Translations under genes and position numbers: made by a program
Shown: positions 43,184-55,194 of the stretch, in pieces
How positions within the stretch are numbered: position 1 is the stretch's first letter
How the letters are laid out: each line of letters starts with the position of its first letter
Source: an uncultured bacterium
GTDB taxonomy: Bacteria > Verrucomicrobiota > Verrucomicrobiia > Limisphaerales > UBA8199
NCBI GenBank assembly: GCA_963749495.1
Contig: CAVVMW010000012.1
Span: forward strand, 64,001 to 128,000
Length of the DNA: 64,000 nt
Direction: 5' to 3'
The notes under the pieces: model-generated
Told to the model about the DNA's origin: nothing
Seen by the model: the letters and a program-made list of their open reading frames with translations, nothing else
Database searches by the model: none

Positions 43184-43870
43184 ATGTACATCAAGCTCAC
43201 CAACTTTCAAAAGCGCACGGCGGAACTCTTCCTCTTGTCTCTAAACGGCTCAAAGACCGCCAAGCGGCTGGTCACCACGGCCAGCGGACAGATGGAGCCC
43301 GAATCCCAGGCGATCATCGCGCGTATTCCCGGGGGCTGGACTTCGGACCGCAAGCCCGAGCAGATCGTGGAGGCATTGGTCAAGTCTGACCCTGAAGTTG
43401 ACACTCAGCTCATCGGCAAGCCGGTGCGCGTGCGTTCACTCGCCTACCTGGATGAGCAACGCAGACCCGTGTGCCACTTCCGGTTGATGGAGGAGAAACT
43501 GACCCCCGAAGGCGCGGTAAAGGAAACCAAGCCTTACAAGGTCAGCGAGTCGAACATCGAGCTGCCGATCCAACTCGCCCCCAAGGGCAGCCAAACCACC
43601 GAGGACCTGGTGCAAAAGTTCGTCCTGCACAAGATCTACCAGGTGATCCACCTCGACAGTCTCTCATTCGACTTCCTCTTCAGACTGTGCCAGGAGATCC
43701 AGGGCATCGGCTTCGTCCGTGTGAATGGCGGCATCAAGGGCAACGAACCGTTGACGCTGCGCCGGGAGGGGCTCCCCTCCTTCGCCTATCTCCGCGGCCG
43801 GACTGACGGCGATAAATACTGCTGCACGCTCCACCTGACGCATCAAGAACTCAGGGTGCCGGCGGAATAA
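43184..43870 (+). CDS. Hypothetical protein (possible divergent Ku-like)
   Basis: 228 aa, GGAG RBS, operonic with ligase; fold is inference. Confidence 0.65.
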   Translation: MYIKLTNFQKRTAELFLLSLNGSKTAKRLVTTASGQMEPESQAIIARIPGGWTSDRKPEQIVEALVKSDPEVDTQLIGKPVRVRSLAYLDEQRRPVCHFRLMEEKLTPEGAVKETKPYKVSESNIELPIQLAPKGSQTTEDLVQKFVLHKIYQVIHLDSLSFDFLFRLCQEIQGIGFVRVNGGIKGNEPLTLRREGLPSFAYLRGRTDGDKYCCTLHLTHQELRVPAE

Positions 43871-44037
43871 TTCCCGATCGCCGGCAACCGCTCCGCCTCG
43901 CAGCCCGTCCGTGCCTCACGGACTGGTGCCCGCGTGACAGCCGCCGTTCAGATCCCCCCAGAGCAGGCGCGTCCTTTCGAGCTCTGCGGCCCGTCGGCTC
44001 CGCGGGGCCACGCAGGCCCGCCCTATAATGGGGTAAA

Positions 44038-46904
44038 ATGCGAGTTGCCGTGCCAACCGAGACCAGCAAGTCATTCCGTCGGTTTAAGGGCTTCTATCGG
44101 TTGGAAGAGGAGGCCAAACGGCAGCTTTATGAGCTGTTAGCGGGTTGGAAGCCGGAATTCTCACTTCTTCCCGAGGCAGCCCAGGCAGTCGCCCTGCAAC
44201 AACTGCGGCCCTTGGCCCAGCGCGCGGTTTTGAATGCCTTGGAAGGGCGGACCCGAAACGAGGAGGAACAGTTCGGATACGATTGGGAGGACGCGTTGCC
44301 CCGGATCGAGGCCGGTCCGTTGCGCGCGGCTGTCGCCCAGCCCCTGCTGGAGAGCCTGCCGCCGTCGATTCGCGAGGCGCTCAACCAGCCGGAAGTCGTC
44401 CGGCGCGACAGAATCGAATGGCTTTATGGGGAGACCGTGGATCGCATTCGCAAATTCACCCCCTACCTTCCCTCCGAGGAGCAGGCACTAGAGGAATGGA
44501 AGAAACAGTGTCCGCAGGCTTACAGCCTGGCTGAGCAGACGGCCCGGAAATCGGTGCAGGCCAATCAAGACCGGAGCCGTCGGAGCGCTGGCGACATGGC
44601 GACAGTCCCCGAGGAAACCCGCCGGCTTTCTTTGACCGCCCACCTGATCGCCGCGCGCAAACTCTACCAGCACGTGCTGGGGCTGTCCGAATACTATGAG
44701 GGCAACACCACCGTGGTGGGCTTGAAAGTGCCCCCGGAAATGCAGGCCGATTTCGGCACCCGCATGTATGTCCGGCTGGGCACCGCCGGCAGGGCGGCCA
44801 CCTACGGCGAAGCTTCCCCACGGCAGATGGCGCAGTTTGGGGCCATGCTCGAGAGCAACCTGTTGCGCAATCTTCAGGAGAAGGTTTGCCCCTGGACCAC
44901 GGAAACCGCCGGCGCGCAGAAGATCGACACGAATTTGCTGGCGCGGGCCTATTACCAGATCGTCAGGCCGTCGGACGGCGAGGAACCGAAGGCTCATCCC
45001 GACAACGGCACGCTCGAACGCCTCGAACGCAATCCGGGCTATTACGGGCTGCTGGGCTTCCGAGAAGATATCGCTCCCGAGCACGCTCAGGTCTTCGGCC
45101 AGTTCCTGGACGCGAACCCCGGCCTGCAGGAGTTCCTCGAGCGGCCCAGCGTGCAGGAGGCCTTCAAAACGCACCGGCTTGATCAAAGCCTGGTGGAGCT
45201 TGCGCTGCGCGCGGCAGCGGCCCACGAGATAGCGCAAGTGGCGCGCAAGTGGAACCCGGGGAGCGTGGCGTCTCAGACCAGCGTAATGGCCCAGGCACAA
45301 CGCGCCGTGCCCCGCATCATCCAGGATCTGGCCGCCTATCACGATGCGCTGATGCAGAGCGATTACCTGAGCGTGCGCAACCAGGGTTTCTTCAAGGAAC
45401 GGCTCATGGCGGAGCACCTGAACTGCATCAACCCCAAGGAACGGGCGCGGATCGCGGGCTACTACCGGCCGAGGGCAGTTGCCCTGGTTGCGCGGGACGA
45501 CCACAGCAATGACCCTGTGCCGCCGGATTGGATATTGCTCCGTTCGTACACCGACCCGGTTACGCGGAAAGAGTATACCGATTACGAGGTCGACCTGCCG
45601 GAAGGCCAGATCATCCTTTGCCTGCGCCAAGGCGCCAGTCCCAAGGCCGCCCAGGAGGTTGCCCGGCGGTTGCTGGATTTGACTCAACCGCCCCGCATCA
45701 ACGACTGCGCGGCCCGGGTAAAAGGCGTGCGCATCTCCGAACTGAGCTACAACGAGCTCTGCGCTTCTTGCCTGCGGCCCATCAGCATCGCCCGCATGCA
45801 ATTTTACACCTCCTTTTCCGCCTCCGAAACACTCGACATCCTGCGCGGATTTCCGAGGAGCCGACAACCGAGAACCTCGTCGAGGCTATGCGGCCTTGCT
45901 TTGTGCTGCGCTACAGCGACGCCTACTGCCGGGTGAAGCCGGCGGAGATGGTGCGGGTCAAGTACCGCACCCCGACAGGGGAGAAAAAGAACCCCTGCTG
46001 GGACGCCAGCCAGGCGCTTTGCGGCATGCGCGAGCCCGCCAAAGACTCGAACATGCTCGACCGCCTGGAGAACCCGAAATGGGGGCTGATCGTCGTCGAG
46101 GGAGAAAAAAAGGCCGCCATGCTGGCCCAGATGTGCCTTGAACGGGAGCTGCCTTATCACGTCATCGCGCTGCCCGGAGTCTGGATGGGCCTCATCCGCG
46201 GCAAGCTGGTGCCGGAATTGGAGCAGTTCAAGATGCAAGACGCGAGCGGGAACAGACGCAACTGCTACATTTTCTTCGACAACGACAAGGCCTTCAAGGC
46301 CGGCGTCACGCATGCCCTGGTCGAAACGGCCGCCGCCCTGCAACGCGCCGGGGCCCGCGTGTTCGTCCCGAACCTGCCTTTCGGAAAGAACATCAAAGGC
46401 GCCGACGACTTCGCCCTGGCCCATTGCCGGAAAGGGAGTGCCATCGATTACCAGCCGCTTATCAACATTCTTGAGAAGGCGGCGCACGTCCCGGAACGCG
46501 CGCGCAAGGTGAAGTACCCCGGTCCCGAACAGGAACGGGAAATCAACCGCAAGCTGAGCCAGGCAGAGCAAATCCATGAACTGCAGAGCGTGCTGCGGCA
46601 AAAGCCAAACCCGGTGGAAACACCGGAGATGGGCCGGTTGTTCATGCTCCAGGCCGCTTACCTGCTTAAGAGCCCGAACGAACGCTTCAATGCGGCGCTG
46701 TGGGATAGTTTGAACGAACGCGGCAAGACCGCATTTGTTGACATGCTCTTGAAGGACAACCCGGCTTTGAAGCTGCTCCGGCAGGCATGCGGCGGTATTC
46801 CCAGTTTCGAGGACGGAGCGACGGCGCGGGATCTGACCGCGGGACCGCTCCCAATGGAGGAGCGAGGAAGCGCGCTCACGCCGGAGTTGTTCGCCGTCGC
46901 CTAG
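44038..46904 (+). CDS. Large protein with C-terminal TOPRIM (DUF3854-like, primase-related) domain (frameshift near 45850)
   Basis: IVVEGEKKA, IALPGVW, FFDND, KGADDF in ORF 45528-46904; joins ORF 44038-45936. Confidence 0.75.
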
Positions 46905-46939
46905 CGCCAAAACACCCTCGCCGGAACTTATACTGGGGA

Positions 46940-49900
46940 ATGGCGTCCAAATGGTTCCTGTGCAAAACGGCCCTTCTGCGCCCAACCGGCTTTTCCGGGC
47001 TGCTCTGCCTTGCGGCTCTCTCTCCTCTCGCCGGGCTCGCCCAAGGGTCCGACCTGGGGTTTGAAACGCCCGTGGTGGGCTACGGCAGCTATCAATACAA
47101 CCCCAGCGGAGCGCCCTGGACCTTCGCTGGCAACAGTGGCATCACGGGAAACGCCAGCGGCCTTTCGGGAAGCAATCCAAACGCTCCGGAAGGCTTCCAG
47201 GTCGCCTTCGTGCAGACCACCGGCAGCATGTCCCAGCCGATGGCCTTCGCCGCCGGTTTTTACAAGCTGGTTTTCTCGGCGGCGCAACGCAACTCCGGTT
47301 CCGCCTGGCAGACCTTCAACGTCACGCTCAACGGAGTCGTGCTCACGAACATGGCGCCTGCCCAGGGGGCCATCAGTTACCAGGACTACACCGTCGGTCC
47401 GTTCCAAACAACGGCGGGCACACACACGCTCGCGTTTGTCGGCACCGACCTGGCCGGCGGCGACAACACCATTTTCATCGATAACCTGCGCTTCACTCAA
47501 ATGACGTTGTCGGCCAGCGTCTCCCCTGGAAGCTTCACGACCAACCACCCGTTCCCGGTCACGATCACCGCCTGGCCAACCACGGCCGCCGCATGCTACC
47601 GGCTGAACGGCGGGACCTGGCTCGCTCACACCAACCCCTTCACCATCGGCGACGGGAAGAACGCAGCCACCGTGCAGGTGGACAGCTACGCCACCGACGG
47701 GGTCTCCTTCAGTCCAACCAATTCAGTCACTTACGTGTATCAGCCGCCAGTTGTGGCCAATGACTTTTTCGCGGACCGGGTCACCCTCACGCCGCCGCCC
47801 ATTGTTTACCCCGACACGGTGAACGGGATGACGTTCCAGCACCCGGGATTCTGGACGAATTTCAATGTGACGCTGACGGGCGCCACGATGGAAAACAACG
47901 AGCCAAACCACGCCAACACCAGCCCGGCGGCCAGCGCATGGTACAGCTTCACCTCCGCCACCAGCGGGGAGATGCGCATCGTGGTCCCCACCAGCAACCC
48001 GAGCGTGATAGCCGTTTATACCGGGGGCTCGGACACCTGCTATTTCCCGTTCGAGGGGTCCGCAGTAAACGCGCTCAACGCAAACTTCAGCTTCAGCATG
48101 AACGGCGCGGGGGCCACGTTTGTCCCGGACGCCGCGCCGATTCCCTGGAGCGCGCAATCACTGAACCTCAACGGGACGGGAAGCTACGCCCAGTTGATGG
48201 ACGCGAACCTCAACTCGTTCACCTATAGCCTGTGGGTGAAAGTCAAAACCGTGCAACCCGGGGCGGTCATCTACCGGACCAGCAGCGCCGGCCCGCAGTC
48301 GGTCTATTCCGAGTCCATCGGAATCAACTCCAACGGGGTGTGGTCCGCATGGGGCGGTTCGGCAATTACCAGCTCCATCGTCGTCCAGTCCAACACCTGG
48401 TATCACCTGGCGCTGTCCGGCGTCAACTATGGCGCCATGCACTTCTACGTCAACGGAGTGGAACAAGGCACGCCTATCAACAATATCGGCAGCATCTCCA
48501 GCCGGGACCGCTGGCAGATGGGCCAGGCCGTCGCCGGAGGCGGCCAGCCGTTCAACGGCGAGATTGACGATTTGGCGATCTACCACAAGGCGCTCTCCGC
48601 CAGCCAGGTTGCGGCTTTGGCTGCCGGGACAACTCCGCCGACTTATGCCGCGTGGGACGTGTCGCTCCTCTCGGCGGTTGCCTCCTCGACCAGCGGCACG
48701 CTCTCCCTCAACGCGCTGGGGAACACCGTTTACCAGATCGCCTTTGCTGCTCCCGGGAACGCCATCTACAACTACCCGGCCGATTTCTACTTCTTTCCGC
48801 CGCCGGCCAACGACAACTTCACCAACGCCGCCGCGATCCCCAACACGCTCAACACGACCAATCTCGCCGTCGGCAACGGGAGCGTGCCGGCAACCTACAT
48901 CAATTACTCGGTCCAGGGTTACACGGAGCAGGCCACGGCCGAACCTGGTGAAACGGAAAACGCCAAGCTGAGTGTCTGGTACTCGTTTCTCGCACCGGCG
49001 AGCGGCTGGCTGTCCGTCAGCGCCGCCAACGCGCCGGGCATTTACAGCTACGTGGAAATCGGCCAGGGGACGGTCAGCGCCTTCACGAACACAACCAAGA
49101 GCGGCTGGTCGGTCAACCCGGGCGTCACCCTGCGCGTGATCGGCGGACAGCAATACTATATCCGCCACTTCTCGGATTCGGCCAACTACTGGACTCCCTT
49201 CACCCTCACGGTGGTCCACTACCCGCAGCCGGCCAACGACCTGTTCGCCAACCCGGCGCCGCTTTCGCTGAACAGCCAGACGCTGCATTACGTGTTCAAC
49301 AACGGGGTGGCGCTGGATTACCCAGTGCTTTCATCGGTGATGGACTTGAGCGATTTTGCCGCCACGCGCGAGTCGGTGGGCGAGCCCTTCTATGGCAACT
49401 CGGTGTGGTACAATTATACCCCCAGCCAGAACGGACGACTGGTGGTGGGGTTGGCCGACTACGGCGACTGGGGCACTTACAACGGGTATGAGATGGGGCT
49501 TTACACCGGAACGGCGGCCAACGCGCTGACGACTGTGTTCAACTCCCAGGGCTACAGTTGGAACGCCCTCATGAACGGGTGGCTGTCCGCCGGAACCAAC
49601 TACCTGGAGCGCGTCGCCACTTACGACGGCAGCCATTTCCTGAGCGTCTTCGAGCTCACCAACACCTTTTTCCCCAACCCGGCCAATGACAATTTTGCCA
49701 ACCGCCAGCCGATGGCGACCCGTTACGCGACCAACTACATGACCTGGAAGGGGCAACAACTCCCCCTCTCAGTGGATGAGGTCGCCAACGTGCCCGGCTT
49801 CAACTTTGCAGCCACGACCGAGAGCGGGGAGCCGCTCCAGAGCGGGACCTACAACTCGATCTGGTATTCGTGGACCCCGACCCACACTGAGACCGTCACC

Positions 49901-52900
49901 ATCAACACGGCCAACAGCTACCAGTATTTGTCGCCCGGCGCCACCATTGACACCTGCCTGGCTGCCTGCACGGGGAGCGCGGTCAACGCCCTGACCACCG
50001 TCACGGCGAATGACAACGGGCCGGGCATGGGCAACTGGAGCCAGATCGCCTTCGCGCCGGTGCCCGGGACCGAATACAAGATCCAGATCAGCAACTGGGG
50101 CAACGGCAGCGCCGGTTGGACGATGTTGAACCTCCAACAGCCCTTCCGGCTGGCCAACGACTGCTTCACCAACGCCACTCCCGTCACCCCGGCCGAGTCG
50201 GTGCTGGGGGACGGCTCGACGTTCGAATATCTCCTCATGTTTGGGACCATCACCAACGCCTCGGTCGAGAGCGGCGAACCCAACAGCAGCGGTGTCTCGA
50301 CGGTGTGGTACGCCTGGACGAACAACGTCACCGGACCGGTGACCATCCGGATGGATTCGTCCTTTGGCGGAAACTTCTACGTCTATACCGGCAACGCGGT
50401 GAACGCGCTCTCCACGCTGGCCAGCCCCGCCAGCGGCCTGGACGGCAAGATCTACTGCACCTTCAGCGGCGTGGCCGGGGCCGTCTGCCGCATCCAGGTC
50501 CGCTGCGGAACCGGCGGGGGGGCCTTCTCGCTCGAGTTTTGGCAAAAGGCCAATCCCGGCAACTGCATCACGACCAACGACAACCCAACCAACGCCTTCC
50601 AGATTCTCCCGGATACAATCGACTCCAACAACCGATACGTGGGCTCGGCCAACGGCAACGCCGTCAACGCGACGCTCCAGCCGGGCGAAACCAACGCGCT
50701 CACCGCCCTCATCAACTCGGGGGCGGAACTCAACGACAGCTACAACACCAACGTGGTCGGCAGCAACAGCCTCTGGTGGAGTTACACCGCAACGGCAACG
50801 CGGAAAATGGCCGTTTATAACCCGGCGCTGGCCGCCTACGTTCCGATGCGGATGGGCCTGGGTTACGACGCCTTCATGGACCTGGTGAAGCCGTCGAACC
50901 CCTTCAATGAAAATCCGAATCTCGTGGTGACCGCTGGCGGGACCTACTTCACCAACGCCAGTTCCGCGACCTGGTTCGCCAGCCGGCCGGCCCCGGGGGC
51001 GGCCTTCCGGTTCTCGTTTGATTACATGTTTGTGGCCAACGCGGGCGCCGCCAACGGCCTCTCCAGCGCCTACAACATCCTCATCATGGGGGACAACGGC
51101 TATTATGACCCGCTGGTGATCCGCACCGCCGACCTGATGCTGGGGGCCTACAACAACGGAACCTTCACTCCGTACAACATCGCGCTGGCGCCGAACCAGG
51201 AATATTACCTGAGCCTGGACTGCAACGGCGGCGGCCCGGCCACGGCCTATACCTTGACCGTGAATCGGACCAACAGCTCGACCATCTGCGCGGGGTTCGA
51301 TGCCAACTCCTATTATCCAATGGGGCTGGGCGCCTGCGGCGGGCGGGTCCACGACCTCCGGGTTTACCAGACCTCCCCGGTCAGCCACGAGGCCATCGAG
51401 GTATGGCAGGGCGGGAACCTGGTCGCGATTGGCGACGATGTCGTCGTCAACAACTGCACGGCGGGCGCCACCTACCAGATCCGCACGACCCCGCTCTCTT
51501 ATACGACCGACGTGGCCGCCGGCAAACTCGCCACCGAATCCTCCACCGTCAATCCCGCCGCCTATGCGGTGGACAACAACAACAGCACTTACAGCAGCAC
51601 CGGCAACGACCCGGGCGCATGGCTTCTGGTGGACCTGGGGCAGTCGTACGCGATCAACTCCGTTGAGGTCTGGAACCGCTTCGATCAGCCCAGCGCCGCC
51701 TATTTCAACGTCATCATCTCCGACACCAACAGCTCCAACCCGGTCATTCTCACCAATTACGCGATCAACTGCGGCGGGGGCGCCGTGGGCTGGTTTGGCG
51801 CGGACGCTTACTCCTCGGGCGGCTCGACCTGGAGCAGCGCCAATGCGATTGACACCAGCGCGGTCACAAACCCGGCGCCCGCCTCCGTCTATCAGTCGCA
51901 GCGTTACGGGAACTTCACCTACACGATCCCCAATCTCCTGACCAACGGCAGCTACACCGTCCGGCTCCACTTCGCGGAGTGCTATTTCACGAGCCCGAAC
52001 CAGCGCCAGGAAAACGTTTTCATCAACGGCAGGCAGGTCCTGACCAATTTTGACGCCTTCGCCGCGGCCGACGCCGGGAACAAGGCCAACATCCAATCGT
52101 TCACCGTCACGCCCAACAGCAGCGGGCAGATCATCATCCAGTTCGTCACGATTGTCCAAAACGCGGCCGTTGAGGGCATCGAAGTGATCCCCGCCTCCGA
52201 CACCGCGGCGGCTTTTCAAGCCAGCCAGGCGGCCAACGGACTCTACTATTACCCTTGCCAGGGTTCGGCGCAGTGGCCGACGATGATCCCCGTCGGCAGG
52301 AGCGGGCGCTACGTGCGCGTGCAGCAGAACATGGCAGGAAACGCCCTGGGCCTGTCCTCGCTGAAGGTGAACAGCACGCCGACCGTCAATGGACAGGTCA
52401 ACGTCTCCGTGTCCGAATTCAACCTCTCGGCTGATGGGAACAGCCCGGAAGCGGCCAGGGTTTTGACCTTCACCAATCAGGTCAGCACCTGGGTGCTGCC
52501 CAACGGCACGGTCTCCTCGACCAACTATATCGCCGCTGATTCCCAGGAGGTCGCTTACGCCACGTTTTATGGCGGCGAGTGGAACCCCGGCAGCGTCAGC
52601 GGCGGATCGGTGTGGTACAACTTTGTCCCGCCCGTTTCGGGAAGCACCATCATCGCGAGTTCCGGTGCGGTCGGCGAATGCGTGGCCCTTTACCCCGGAC
52701 CGAACACCTCGGGATGCATCACTTACGGTTGGGGGCCGTTCCAGCTCAACCTCAACGGCGGGACACCTTACTGGCTGCAGGTCGGCCTGACGAGCTATGG
52801 CCTTGAAGGGGTGAACCTCACCATCGTCGGCCCTCCGCCCAACGACAACTGGGCCAACGCCGTCAACGTCAGTTTCGTCACCAACGCCGTGGTGACCTCC

Positions 52901-54370
52901 TCGCCGGACGGCCCCGTGACCAACTATGCCTGCACGGCCAGTTTCGCGGGGCAGAACTACCTGGCGAGCCGGGATGCAGGCGAATACGACATCGCCAATT
53001 ACACGAGCGTGGCCACCAAGGGCCGCTCGGTCTGGTGGACGATCACCGCGCCGTCAAACGGTTACATCACGATTGACCCCACCAAATCTTCGTTCATCAC
53101 GGAACTGGGGCTTAAACCGGAAAGCGCGGGAGTTGGAGGCGGCTACAGCGGTTATTGGGTGGTCAACAACGGGAAGATTGTTAACGCTTACCTGACGGGC
53201 GGCACGAGATACAAGCTCTGCGTCGATGGCTCCAGCCAGGACACGGGGCTGGGTATGGGCGGCATCAACCTCGACCTGACGTTCGTCCCTTGCCCCCCGA
53301 ACGACAACTGGGCCAACCCGATGCCCGTGGCCTTCCAGACGAATGTCCTCACGGGTACTGTCCCCGACGGGGGTCAGCCTCTACACCAACTATACCGGGT
53401 CGGCGGCAGCCCACAACATCGGCGCAACGTACCAGGGGGGCGAGTACACACTCAATAACTACACCGGCCAGGGCGCTCCCGGCCGCTCCGTCTGGTTCAG
53501 CTTCACCGCGCCTGCCAGCGGCTATCTCAGGATCGATCCCACCAAGAGCACGTTTCGCACGCAGATCGGGATCAAGGCCCCCGGGCAATCGGTCGCTTCC
53601 GGCTGGGGCAGCCCCAACGCCTACGCTGTCAACTCGGCCCTCACCTATTACGTGAATGCCGGATCGAGCTACATGGTCTGCGTTGACGGCACCTTTTCCG
53701 ACGCCGGCTATGGAATCATCAACCTGGACTTCAAGCTCGACGCTTCGCCCGGCAACGACTACTGGGCCAACCCGACGCCCATCCTTTTCCAGACCAACAT
53801 TGCCACGATCAGCATGCCCAACGGCACGGCCACCAACACGTATTACACTGGCTGCGGCATCGGCAACAACATCGCCGCAACCTATGAAAGCGGCGAATAC
53901 ACGATCAACAATTACTCGAGCCAGGGGGCGCCCGGCCGGTCGGTATGGTTCACGTTGACTGCGCCCTGCACCGGCACCCTGACCGTGGACCCGACCCGGA
54001 GCAGCTTCCGCACGCAGATCGGCATCAAGGCGCCCGGCCAAGCGGTCGGTTCCGGCTGGGGCAACCCCAACGCTTATGCCGTGAACTCAGTGCTCTCATA
54101 CGGGCTAACGGCCGGAAACAGCTACATGATTTGTGTTGACGGCACGTCATCCGACGCCGGCTACGGGTTTATCGACCTTGCCCTGCAGATCAACGCGATC
54201 CCTTACAATGACGTTTTCCCCGGACCGATGCTCGCTTTCGCGACGAACACCGTTCTGGAGACCGTCGCGGAGTTTACGATCACCAACTTCCTTTACACGG
54301 CGACTGCGGTCAGCGCGAACAACTACGCCACGCAGGACGGCGGCGAATACTCGCTCTGCAGCCAGTACAC
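46940..54370 (+). CDS. Very large surface/adhesin-like protein (LamG, F5/8-discoidin, malectin, PxNDxF repeats); frameshift ~53370; cut by IS at 3' end
   Basis: Signal peptide; FNGEIDDLAIYHKALS; WLLVDLG...VWNR; YTVRLHFAE; repeated PPANDNF..SVWY units. Confidence 0.85.
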
Positions 54371-54561
54371 CCCTCAGTTGCATAAAAATGTAGTTGTTTA
54401 ACCGCCCTGGCCTCTCGAAAGCGGCCTCCTGCGCGGCTGCAAGCCATCTACTGAGCGCCGCTTCTCTGGCGAAGCAGAAGCCACTAAAAGTGGGGTTTGC
54501 CAAACGCCATTTCGCCCTTCTGCCGGTTACAAAAAAAATGCAAAAAAATGCGATTGGGGGC

Positions 54562-54598
54562 TTGACATTTCCGATAGCCTATATTATGTATCGGACAT
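54562..54598 (+). promoter_or_regulatory. Sigma-70-like promoter overlapped by an inverted repeat
   Basis: TTGACA at 54562; TCCGATA-N12-TATCGGA directly before ATG 54597. Confidence 0.5.
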
Positions 54599-54968
54599 GA
54601 AGAAAACGATCTCTATCCCGCAAATCGAAGCTCGTATCCAACACATCAAAACCCAACTCGCCGCCTTGGGCGATATGCGTCCCGGAAGCCTTTCCCGGCA
54701 GTATAACGTCTGCGGCAAGCCGGGCTGCCGTTGTAAGGACCCCGAAAAACCCCGACGCCACGGCCCCTATTACCAACTGAGTTGGGTGCATCGCCGCAAG
54801 AGCACCAGCCAGTTCATCCGCCCCGGCTTTGTCGCTCAGGTCAAGGCCCAACTGGCCACTTATAGAACCTCTCGCAAGCTGACGGCACAATGGGTCGAGT
54901 TAGCCCTCCAGGCAGCCCAACTGAGGCTCCAAGCCGCCAGAGACACCGCCACGCTCCAACCCAAGTGA
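54597..54968 (+). CDS. DUF6788-family IS accessory protein
   Basis: MRPGSL...CGKPGCRC...HGPYYQLSW. Confidence 0.8.
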   Translation: MKKTISIPQIEARIQHIKTQLAALGDMRPGSLSRQYNVCGKPGCRCKDPEKPRRHGPYYQLSWVHRRKSTSQFIRPGFVAQVKAQLATYRTSRKLTAQWVELALQAAQLRLQAARDTATLQPK

Positions 54969-55174
54969 GCCTCCACCCGCCCCCCCTCCTTTCACCTCAA
55001 ACCCTTCTCCCATGAGACTTAGCCAGCAGCAAATCTATACGAGAGCCTCCTCGATGCCGCAGGTGCAATTCCAGGAACAACAACTGACCAGCTTCGGCGG
55101 TTTGCTCATCTTCCAGCAACTCTTCGGCAAAATCCAACTCAAGGAGCGCTTGCACCAGTGCTCGGCCCATCTGG

Positions 55175-55194
55175 CCTGCCTGCCGGCAGGCAGG
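55175..55194. repeat. Perfect 20-bp palindrome CCTGCCTGCCGGCAGGCAGG, copy 1
   Basis: Read directly; removal gives H-L-A-G-K-T. Confidence 0.95.

Noticed and set aside
29786..46904. Prophage call
   Set aside because: The DNA genes are phage-like, but no capsid, terminase, tail or lysis gene is recognisable in the window.
49769..52219. Long antisense ORFs (816 aa here; also 22605-23891, 57164-58648, 61005-62948)
   Set aside because: Shadow ORFs of high-GC3 genes on the opposite strand, with no motifs.
53290..54200. DGR template/variable repeat pair
   Set aside because: Both copies are in-frame protein repeats, differences are not adenine-specific, and there is no reverse transcriptase.
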